From positions 5,790,001-5,822,000 of the forward strand of contig CP104013.1 of assembly GCA_025839675.1 (NCBI GenBank): 32,000 nucleotides of DNA. Reading direction: 5' to 3'. Origin of the DNA: Candidatus Lokiarchaeum ossiferum. GTDB lineage: Archaea; Asgardarchaeota; Lokiarchaeia; Sigyniarchaeales; Promethearchaeaceae. Shown piece after piece: positions 21,001 through 21,988 of this stretch. The notes beneath the pieces were generated by a model. It made no database searches, was not told the DNA's origin, and saw only the letters and a program-made list of their open reading frames with translations. Position numbers and translations under genes: made by a program. The first letter of the stretch is position 1. Every line of letters starts with the position of its first letter.

Positions 21001-21893
21001 TTTATGTACGTACTCAAGCGGGTGAAAATTTTATTGGAGATGCTTTAGATGCTAGTAATACCGAAGATTTGCTCAAATACTCGGTCTCCTTAGAAGGAAG
21101 TTTGTTAGGCGGAATGGCTGAATTTGGGATCTCAACTTCCACTGCGATGCAGATGGCCTTTTATCGAGATTTGAACATCATTGGAACCATCGTTCCTAAC
21201 ATTTTGCGTGAAAATTTGGAGATTTTAAATTATATCCATAAGTATGAGACTGGTAATCCGTCGCAATCCTATGAGCAAACTATTAAGGATTTGTTTAAAA
21301 ATGCCGAGTCTTGGATTCCCACTATCCTGCCCGAGTATGATTCGGAAGGGCGGTTTGAGGGATTGGATATAATGTCATCTGAGATGAAGCGTTTGAAAGC
21401 AATCGAAATACAGCAAGAATGGGGGGTGACTCTTGAAGGAATCGAAGGAGTTATCAAACCCTTCGAATATGAGTCACCAGATCTTTATTATGGGAATTTG
21501 AGGACAACAATTTCTGTTGTGAAAGATATGCGGCTTTTCTGGTTCATGGTACGCAATCCGAGTGCATCATACCAAAATATCATAGATTATTATGTCACAA
21601 TCGCAACTGACTTATATGCTGATGCTGATATCGATTCTTTCCATGGAGATACTTTTAAAGATTATTTACAAACATTATCCGATGGTCGAATAAATAATTT
21701 TCCAGCACAATTGGCTCAATTTCCTCAAATGGGAATTGTTCATTTATGTCTGGACCATTGGCTTAGTCAAGGCGGATTTAATCTCAAATTGAAAAATGAA
21801 AATGTTGATAAGATCAACGATATAATCAGGAAATTGAATGAAATTTTGATTGCAAATGGATACAATCTGCTTCCTTTCAAAGCTAAAAAGTAA
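3..21893 (+). CDS. Giant (>7,296 aa; 5' end cut by window edge) acidic multidomain cell-surface/adhesin-like protein with C-terminal membrane segment(s) and a long tail
   Basis: There is no stop codon for 21.86 kb. The frame is also open from nt 3: SQSPEDKYY precedes the GTG at nt 30 used by the ORF track, so the true start lies upstream of the window. All alternative-frame ORFs inside it are <=128 aa. The protein is D/E/T/S/Y-rich and K/R-poor with many N-x-S/T sequons. Extracellular domain types are listed as sub-features. Confidence 0.9.
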   Translation, partial: SQSPEDKYYVELDSAMLFGEYEQQMETFTFTFTVNGYSQAWTYRLYVDNDNPEITFGFDPSVSVSSDSIETSLDEIPVVSLSQPINLIQDQTQISLDISHNNTADLAYLEYYGLFYHRESDADGWLDYNAISYDRGVDGFNWIQDISNGLLFAIDKMIANGITWSTLPSLSGSDYHYLQYVTEWNVNGLSNTYFNEEMTSAQTDFASNLSLLLSYLTTDQLSSAYDLMLRTIKPHLTELATNEYDVPWETPEKVVFGTYFSDDLATYTPTINLEGFPDGYFQLGTSITDHVGLRDESVSPLYFLENNLPTFQIVSPADNEQLVILPDQCNYVNFSMYVPDRDIRSIALTNMVMFDDLVTEDLTFDMGQDLPNHRVDFGFNLSEAISNTIVNTYVLNPQCAWTITTEDFAGRIYTQTRTFTCVQIPDHIGPQFLNYTVPDASALWTEGCDIVLNITDFGNPVFDVNMTYVGDDVASGIRYLEVWLSEIPQNLDPRQIYFPIMDFETTGDSSMLDNFLGFIITSESDGTYIFNPAKMNKFWAKYDGDGQYTFIVRAFDQNFNAELITVDLNIVQPRLNLPANTPVPTIGSDEWLNLTLSNLGDQVVSVEMLLYTDITASFLAPWSLSDYEEATENLIDHPTDPDALPAWNSLRIHTTIPYLDLPDLNKNLPAAKGYKMDSTCNPSTWSSNVYSYTRVLAYEPLTMGEILTFSAWIYVSEDFNGDWARISCEGVISGTSYYNLAKKGTWQKVELTVTASSTGEGHGFFYFSKNGITDFSTLTGYVIYLAPQVEKKAYATPFADGSRLPMRSQILYNSTSQTEYQFSFAGITEETYYVNYQIIQTDGSVISRLHQVSYPDHVVEELQIPNHLLTSDNTWYDPYGLVIDNHFPHDANCNFTEGDLWSEMETVMITWLGETPTTTSPCEVYLRFNGMEYPLVNKSYTVDWITRSAIFTLDTYELPEGSQIVEATVVFSNGYQTSVSRVIIVDNTAPVFIQDGIYINGTSQYALNDWVQYKTIMYCNNVVELEIHAQDSESNITAIDLWVEHQGNLVGSLLSYPFNSPSVMEALLYDTTSLGDGEVYDLCIKISSAGGSITSDTIQLFIDRSAPVGEFLTPATTTTFGGDTITLDVLATSNSPIQQVAFYFQTGVGGFSTTDFLGYATLQYDWTTDQYLYRLDFADVVQYQGQTNYFWLEITDEAGNMAQIPTSTPCTILPQYISLTEVEAVYYMDRDENAVLTGSLENFYEDYANAIINVTLNIQNGGMFVPIGSDVITIDSTTGNSVNIEWGGNLPLEFTDLENLRIPISYVSLDGSITSCAIDTTNIAVCGKFNATDSHQVAFITCGTDRRIHLFSHDPTTVFEWSRFDDIDTYADLPAKHVEVVDFDGDGYDELLLLTADRLIVASFNRTTQDWEYREFEFSQWAADFSQPVEGVSMGTNSTHLFLGSSSPLFTDRILVMESLPTGDFSLEQVIYAPEGESITAFSSLPLGDSEDLTIVTLHGIYSHKEDHWTEIFTSEYTLVPKLEVGNLDLDSSNELLFGVYGYQGIDVIQGNWNLNTQSWEFIAAQAYSDIAQIYDLAIGHVNMDNRGRAIIATDAGVDMIDVLDDPTVTAVEDISTSQDMEGYYTQNGLYEYTDLGALDDTTITEIRGELSYTSMGGTLENIYSPDRVKLDDGLHLESGSIADIRAIDNEVLEIRSDHHDETSQLGIEFYFDELDLSQETTYTLQWQFEDGGSLGWLKIKEIKIYDLYDVERVSITGTSGFWGDEVAETGLYDIASSIGKIEVLIDNGNFAMPYIFEIDLISLTLPDLKMSGPQGYTSEQLSTDTWELGSELTHWKLDGNAVDALGSYSGTVLGASPTVDRFNCPNSALNFDGVNDYITVQNVAGTCISDPSITGEISLSMWAYIEGGLYMVSSGGQTSSRGIAISYQNGNEFILLHDGNQQWIVYPDWPLNQWIHIGFTWNGFTLDYYQNGVLTLSDTTPTSASFSDLHTELTLGVPNSVKTAYHFDGKLDDLRFYDTVLSRSEMQQLSQGPFVIEGVNSENPNPLISLATLTTSGDVTQIARILQPNTAGYSPAGDLQALTVNQVTSDTLGYDANGYITQSFFADTPVTTTSLLSRLGDYPNNALVQTGNSMYAIAGSTFDFYSALPATLHISRHGTPGYGYGSIMNYYIYYYSDNNLLRSVNVDCYSEGYGSGVAIFAFNVDLKEGYVNGEGCNKIGVGVKFLYTDYGTLSVKCIPNLENEADPSNYPIEWNNCYNKVPFEADITINRGELGDIEDVLNYRLTIPIEIDMYGRTFAGTITDLNYNPAVLSAQNILIHTSIDGGNTWNAYSGANIVQQSTLAYNIELSLTPSSLSIFFSPEGSVLMRVSFLLEFTHPSQFVYDGYALIPTLRIDASQIEAELLSRISSSLECDQTGFEILEIPIDRSPILENEFDIFHPPSNFDATYSTRVLLDLTCPDLIYTAYSAPLEGDIQVRSLESDSNTVRLDHFEGSTSATHTSGILYTTSGEEIVGSKSIILPSAGSYAKYDYNVEFTYEGTAECYFRPSTVPMDNTLYAIMTSDSSGYPGLMVYMYNGKIQAGHYTDVGNVGKFCGWTYSDPVLNENEIYHIAYSWKDGDGAYLYINGNLVGSNPDDGDPANFFLDCWGTSTHVGIGQCGYRSSVGAALGTYDEYRFSNLARTDFPTTIYTEKTYDALEALYNDDQVEKLPIRISVEDISSSAPTEASEITLALQYDEGDVIMNNNAYIDLDSETHPFPNGVIPEDIALTITTKSSNFASYLSSERTYRISYSFWSETEGVWHLLCALPASTLDFSLKAGSVPTTETTITYGETGHDQYYEQTFGVALPIAQCENAKYLQLEIDGEVDHFLWDTGNWYEYNAFDTADHGLTYNQWISDNNGKTHLQIHHPTNGWTNLESWNWTTYLDGRFALTYALIDGWGTFDQSLNDEYYQFAFRFIIDQGAYPQANHHMEVNIRKISGMIVHTRDPNDVESREKAYEMYDGRHLFSITLGDTTFDPSALDAVSISVDMGVIINITTVPGGVKLPILDEKLVWRQLAAEFFLESQITTAQGEHLLKNLFGSPTITAQVIDDDLIYTVSQTLTLYSRNQIAEFLHFEEGVGYSLRGRLVSHFSLLNNRLGSIRVSVQATDDFISAAKVVYERISEQVSPNQVHDLTLGDLDDDGDQDLLFDDGSAIIVQPNEATFALKLSAFNNDSLDPYLDQYFLGSMDLGAPHPNFYGQTQELPEFGTSMTLHVVDYSYDLTSIALYCDDVLVETQSVTQGSNYFSFTVDTLSPLIGEGNHVMKVIATDSQSQTGEANLMVIIDRSAPSTTLQMLGDWQDLEVSLRTNLTLDVVESNTLISTEMLFTSVTDVPICAFTFAQEDLKSISLLEDVILPSGFDHGAFKIRFWSVDQAGNSEIPTEYAFTISSTYDLTFYTDETYLEEETTLSRHEGEVLFGQVLDRFGEPLPEGFPLDLKFEGLNYIQTSIQGNFGHFSGQIQSSNLLTDDLRTDFALANNGGLEEELVTSDTVEFTLAGENRYFAVDGLRRFYYGSANPLTLIYDQVDLSDYSSLYSFEGIHVEVIIPSAYHDDMGTTYETIEIEFRELAHFENDTDIVTTYTVPFETLLAAVKTSNPTPWQDMMVSRIGIDIGFYNLVARNSLFNLSAIDQIRIIGHDNGIHPDFSLEDPSNSDQLLGCAGIYLLDHLNQATMFYETNPSGVESVTYALTAQCNMGVVGNTITTYAYPLTIQPKPFMLTVTSTVNTTMTFGDLYTLEGIEWDTGFNPTTTEIIDDFCLLQAIYEGDSYPTPIGTPMDLGIASEMTFLINALPGEYTDLHLNYSGNALYPSTLSGELLSDLTVTKKPTHIELANSVLSMERNSSSSLFGLVLTTDRYPLLPDTDVSVTQTLLREFAEGTRGDYYWGNYTFENVLLGLLNESGEYDWMEMAFLQEGEVFVFDVDLAEDGNLEGMTPGLYSMAVKFEGNALYDATVQPFLLQVNPSALDIEIREGFAQNWTAMANGYASYLQYSDEKVFSMKVSDAFDADPCAGYPLWYQVGFTPNSPNFPLMCVSDNYADTWGDYMEFQTSETPDILKFWQYIQAKDDRPIAYPYYDEAMDQIMFMAPFAYGMVTTDAEGLAEVVLDPQMTTEIAELYKAIFKVTLGSLDEINLYFRVFYDASFSPDQMKMPDLVSLGYTYPIEYFGKEALVYEGDDILPTASISNGFWTGTNYQDPYHCGSWGEGILTMLAEDTMIVAGYQEFNEPNFNLAAAVVEADLIAEGTYLPEVHGESNFIESTGLPTDNWMELGLEIWNQANSSQVLAYPWAEMVDDLGISTFTCNENTLGSAIDRLLPGFYTANYAYERGSSIYYNAPHAGSTSLLLKGVNSARLDSPTHHQTLSELIGPETVSTTSLTTAEGETILGEFDTNYPTLTGELSLDALNEIPDNYNYTDLITVDFLWNGWRVGGEYSYNLSEYTEAIPFEVPFKFQDGYPVNFSVEVAFDYNPEANLNWSAEMTAAGYEIWSEYYLSMAYNATLENCWANYAPISDYAIILTELSVKQSTLYDSGNEWDLMAELLTKYPQVSYDGYNLNQNPGAGWKYLNGSIQDDIPQVSLKIGEDNVEEYVSATIDQSAITISLDKDQISGWTPDHSEEYNVTLSFPELFSVERYQWNMSYDVDDPQFEKHSRFTQLTGMVLGENVNKSLRTAIYTNSTYDGTEATQDATYIGLQVGETMSLVVPDVYMPWRGELQWQALCPQLPWLDYTSLEWELVLTVHQSADPTNIHTLSWILNTSDFSKVDGGFWQDLSTFIPSAFYSCDVNLELNITLHSSGDVTAIYPLYLIHGYLVGQEDIVTISTVYPSALRARMFGSSFLYLYTLFGKDMGITATSNDDQGNTLENINDMYLEVLPYTGDAYGVQSITDILSVKDERRFLEYPSVSEANMDYWFTTASGTPNYATYQEFVAEDSLGQTMFAMRYNESQLDAIEDPRIYSGFVKLYDEVRVDEFGTMHNETTLLQQRKLTTLVYPAVWNQSSTRTVVGPPSVTEGGRFTIGTPEAQVLNLAMDVTDPEMAHTAILEYNLAASDRDLVITRWSERFYDRGYSASDPASIDTVQKVWPVESISYYDQSTILTHDWITKKVSENYNPDILRDVSNSELQSIKIDANDGLNPVWNQEVEIHFDSHYVIANQVDTVALTYRFGLKNYFALGALGFPARVDLQIQKADASWSTIASIEDLNVPFEQDIAWVDGVFTISETELATFTEIGGSMLLDLNDLRFVFDGCGVRGAELFIDQLVLTLDNDKTRLFWDDEHIHAYSDLAALTHSSDPVVITQSDNPQAGQSANVYTIVDNRTQIPEVVGYGDTELLLMNVGNWKNTSWWGDSHYAGADAWNSWEYLVNEMDIYSVEGSLAETDQLHLDITPFYTDPVTRTPEFAWMELPLYVFTTQGIDEMTLTYSFSNAADESITYNMTELVGESGLFMETLRLQLQGRCLTEVTWDFTFHSWVSAADISTVGLGGIAFYTEASLGKLVLTTDTLTHTHDLLPTVFTGPTSPYGEYVNLSSLGVFTSLDRIQIQSAQGVSDVLHNGYYGSPLYLSSFTVVSYNTTSLADVAYHYAYNFDPVQRNFEYRMVDWMEATPTPESWEGSSMTTEEIPWLRHQSWDLDGDASYDLYVEEFDGEGLGEFSNNKLDNFRVDYTGDGYYDLQVTMDTTLTTSQVTTPTLYNMETNLIGEATGHYYVMQNAKEFIEISEDTDGDGRFDLKSEFSLTASTMALPEYREYVIHNHQLTSFSDATWHKPIAGVAYSVDSDGDGVFEESISRTDRWANSESILDEAYEHWIYESYTYTYEDFVERDNMLKENLTFTLCGPDYFNLTEDGLLQFDSDGEVLYDRPSLTAEVILEYDVPVPIDPRYNRTVDRSSWEIDRYPELLCDPHGVLAWWDGDHDGTAETAFVFTEQSWAEDQMAIAIYYSRDGSEQVHINSFEYQASGDSLLPLYWLSAAYDYEILTNIAWEDSKDAYWTQMKGFIDGQGNSMTASYYLDLVHSMSLMGTSALMGGGFGFIMAGYAVYQYWTRPLLVDFLAEHQLWGMQEQPHEFGQEADRYDFWDGLDAMIEDFTNFGNFQDPQYYVQSFPIITSNPWWDDTVWREAAEPTFDTSNTVVSFKVPDMQISGDTHEGIIAWWLHWYENDWVENDPVIPYANAPQWLCDFITTYLQYVQTSSDMDRPPSSYVKTLYPDITIPQADFNGELGQGLYANVWRDLGEVEYQLLEGNQRGVIATTLTTHHPVYTDVIFSVDASGRPLFTPAATVSRNLSDPIARTLDYMELAYYAQYAGAYEDARAKDPTIIASQLGLQVVQVVAGVLASNLAVMSLDPVGFYTNYVVREGLPGILLDLSREVFEELVLEELVSSAARSVGISLGLANLLGESFGSFDVISNIYSTVGSVDYSDLYTALQTTTPHSTTQHASLSEHVAVSSFQHLSQVKQVAQLKSLLQARSSIHALIQLRTNARMMGALQTFISTHMGSNIQLKPYLRNLETMPILKFTNHHLTEEAFRLEVEETIWEYSIAGKSVQEFLSDPALLAKWGLTECGNEMFFQTVLKDFGSVQYKADGLVYEEIDGVWRSRMKYPDETLGSFLSRVDGVVLIDPPHQSNLDKFIEKESSKEIGDSAELDPEIVFKALVESKDQELTKSTLETATFLIKKKQSLKLDTAFKTPQQLANLRTYKPKSDKSLYPMKVFKETHVPTEGDFLHRGDSSLKEMIPIQIESINRFRKYLNYMKTSMFRTLVKQKLNNYEAHLNSLYSKLEVIDSTNPTIVDDHFRISEDLLKIFNTYLGSNTYMVLPAYARMKISGSLKDLYKCYWQINILKKGTMFYENCRKQGKGFSLLIGPVSGYNEYNIWVNPTSNPLERYLFKITPRGGHHEAATVLSFIKTKSLGMPEIISRSSFSPQDSVIDCQTDAFSMILGDTELNRLLNHLNIELIKSDSSGSLKPDFYVRTQAGENFIGDALDASNTEDLLKYSVSLEGSLLGGMAEFGISTSTAMQMAFYRDLNIIGTIVPNILRENLEILNYIHKYETGNPSQSYEQTIKDLFKNAESWIPTILPEYDSEGRFEGLDIMSSEMKRLKAIEIQQEWGVTLEGIEGVIKPFEYESPDLYYGNLRTTISVVKDMRLFWFMVRNPSASYQNIIDYYVTIATDLYADADIDSFHGDTFKDYLQTLSDGRINNFPAQLAQFPQMGIVHLCLDHWLSQGGFNLKLKNENVDKINDIIRKLNEILIANGYNLLPFKAKK
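2016..2411 (+). other. Domain in giant ORF: jelly-roll, galactose-binding-like/CBM_4_9-like module
   Basis: Segment KGYKMDSTCNPSTWSS...LTFSAWIYVSEDFNGDWARISCEG...GTWQKVELTVTASSTGEGHGFFYF...GYVIYLAPQVEKKAYATPFADGSR. The beta-strand pattern and the terminal 'Q-V-E-x-x-x-Y-A-T-P-F' resemble CBM/tail-fibre-type jelly rolls. Assignment is by eye only. Confidence 0.35.
2760..3640 (+). other. Domains in giant ORF: three tandem Ig-like modules
   Basis: Roughly 90-120-aa beta-rich units are delimited by VDNTAPV (2958-2972) and IDRSAPV (3309-3323). The third unit carries ITDEAGN (DEAGN at 3588-3602). D-x-[ST]-A-P boundaries and D-x-A-G-N are typical of prokaryotic Ig-like surface modules. Confidence 0.5.
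3940..4820 (+). other. Domain in giant ORF: FG-GAP/VCBS-type (integrin-alpha-like) beta-propeller
   Basis: Blade-like repeats of roughly 60 aa are present. They include HVEVVDFDGDGYDELLLL (DFDGDGYDE at 4146-4172), VGNLDLDSSNELLFG (4574-4618) and IGHVNMDNRGRAIIATD (4738-4790). This is the D-x-D/N-x-D-G-x-x-[DE]-hydrophobic signature of FG-GAP repeats. Confidence 0.55.
5502..6096 (+). other. Domain in giant ORF: LamG / Laminin_G_3 (concanavalin A-like lectin) domain 1
   Basis: THWKLDGNAVDALGSYSGTVLGASPT...NSALNFDGVNDYITV...ISLSMWAY...NQWIHIGFTWNGFTLDYYQNGVL...LTLGV...HFDGKLDDLRFYDTVLSRSEMQQL. The motifs occur in the canonical Laminin_G_3 order: W-x-[FL]-D-G entry, F-D-G-x-x-D-Y-[IV], W-x-H-[IV]-x-x-[TV], Y-x-[ND]-G, and G-x-[IL]-D-[DE]-[LV]-R-[IF]-Y-x-x-x-L-S-x-x-E. 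Confidence 0.8.
7464..8060 (+). other. Domain in giant ORF: LamG-like domain 2 (more divergent)
   Basis: VRLDHFEGSTSATHTSG...GTAECYFRPS...NEIYHIAYSWKDGDGAYLYINGNLVGS...HVGIG...ALGTYDEYRFSNLARTDF follows the same strand and motif order as domain 1, ending in the D-E-Y-R-F-S box. Confidence 0.6.
9531..10300 (+). other. Domains in giant ORF: isolated FG-GAP-type motif followed by two Ig-like modules
   Basis: LTLGDLDDDGDQDLLFDDGSAIIV lies at 9531-9602. It is followed by LHVVDYSYDLTSIALYCDDVLV...HVMKVIATDSQSQTGEANLMVIIDRSAPS (DRSAP at 9984-9998) and ...FKIRFWSVDQAGNSE (DQAGN at 10248-10262). Confidence 0.45.
11529..12038 (+). other. Domains in giant ORF: Ig-like repeat ends (Big_3_5-like 'Y-x-G-N-x-L-Y' strands)
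   Basis: LNYSGNALYPSTLSGELLSDLTVTKKPTHIEL lies at 11529-11624 and MAVKFEGNALYDATVQPFLLQVNPSALDIEI at 11946-12038. Both match the [YF]-x-G-[DN]-x-x-[YF]-x-x-[ST]...V-x-x-x-x-[ST/A]-x-[IL] terminal pattern of 'Ig-like domain repeat' proteins. Confidence 0.4.
17001..17879 (+). other. Domain in giant ORF: membrane-proximal cluster of five DxDGDG-type (FG-GAP / calcium-binding) repeats
   Basis: The five repeats are WDLDGDASYDLYV (from 17001), VDYTGDGYYDLQV (~17098), EDTDGDGRFDLKS (~17271), VDSDGDGVFEES (~17433) and WWDGDHDGTAETAFVF (17832-17879). They are spaced roughly 30-130 aa apart. Confidence 0.6.
18150..18233 (+). other. Predicted transmembrane segment 1 of giant ORF
   Basis: SMSLMGTSALMGGGFGFIMAGYAVYQYW contains a ~22-aa uncharged Gly/Ala/Met/Phe-rich core followed by W-T-R. 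It is the first clearly hydrophobic stretch after ~6,040 visible residues. Confidence 0.6.
19050..19133 (+). other. Possible second hydrophobic/membrane-associated segment of giant ORF
   Basis: TIIASQLGLQVVQVVAGVLASNLAVMSL, preceded by ARAKD. It is only moderately hydrophobic because it contains Q, N and S, so it may be a TM helix, a re-entrant segment or a buried helix. Confidence 0.35.
19950..21890 (+). other. Compositionally distinct C-terminal module of giant ORF (AT-rich, Lys-rich, no recognisable domain)
   Basis: My hand GC counts of single 60-nt lines are: 19021-19080 52%, 19741-19800 48%, 19861-19920 38%, 19981-20040 37%, 20101-20160 25%, 20581-20640 23%, 21361-21420 35%. The protein switches from D/T/G/P-rich to K/I/N/L-rich sequence (e.g. 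LIKKKQSLKLDTAFKTPQQLANLRTYKPKSDKSLYPMKVFKE). Confidence 0.6.
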
Positions 21894-21926
21894 TCTAAAT
21901 GATTTAGAAATCTAAGGCACCAAACA

Positions 21927-21948
21927 TTTTTTATCTCGAATTTTTTTT
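21927..21948 (+). terminator. Oligo-T tracts after the giant ORF (archaeal-type intrinsic termination signal)
   Basis: A T6 tract (21927-21932) and a T8 tract (21941-21948) lie 34-55 nt after the TAA at 21891-21893. Confidence 0.35.
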
Positions 21949-21979
21949 ATAATATTAAGAATTCCACCAGATTTTGGAG
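21944..21979 (+). promoter_or_regulatory. Putative TATA-like box plus Shine-Dalgarno-like GGAG for the LRR gene
   Basis: TTTATAATATT (~21946-21956) lies about 35-40 nt upstream of the ATG at 21989. GGAG at 21976-21979 leaves a 9-nt spacer before the ATG. Confidence 0.3.
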
Positions 21980-21988
21980 CAATAAATT

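Noticed and set aside
20960-21060. Possible PD-(D/E)xK nuclease motif in the giant protein's C-terminal module (SLKPDFYVRTQAGENFIGDALD)
   Set aside because: Only the 'PD' half is present and no [DE]-x-K follows at the expected spacing. That is not enough to call a nuclease or toxin domain.
42-21457. About 45 short ORFs (60-128 aa) on both strands nested inside the giant ORF (e.g. 12585-12971 -, 16819-17199 -, 18273-18629 -)
   Set aside because: All are embedded in a 21.9-kb frame with clear domain content. Their translations are low-complexity, R/G/I-rich shadow-frame sequence with no motifs, so I treat them as frame shadows.
3-21893. Catalytic (protease/glycosidase/toxin) motifs in the giant protein such as HExxH, GDSL or Rhs/YD repeats
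   Set aside because: I found no HExxH. The 'GDSL' in YQASGDSLLPL lacks the surrounding esterase blocks, and no YD-repeat periodicity is present. The protein is therefore described only as binding/adhesin- or receptor-like.
21894-21916. 15-nt palindrome TCTAAATGATTTAGA and flanking ATCTAA direct repeat just after the giant ORF stop codon
   Set aside because: A 1-nt loop cannot form a hairpin, and short AT-only palindromes are expected by chance in a spacer of this composition. I cannot support it as an operator from sequence alone.
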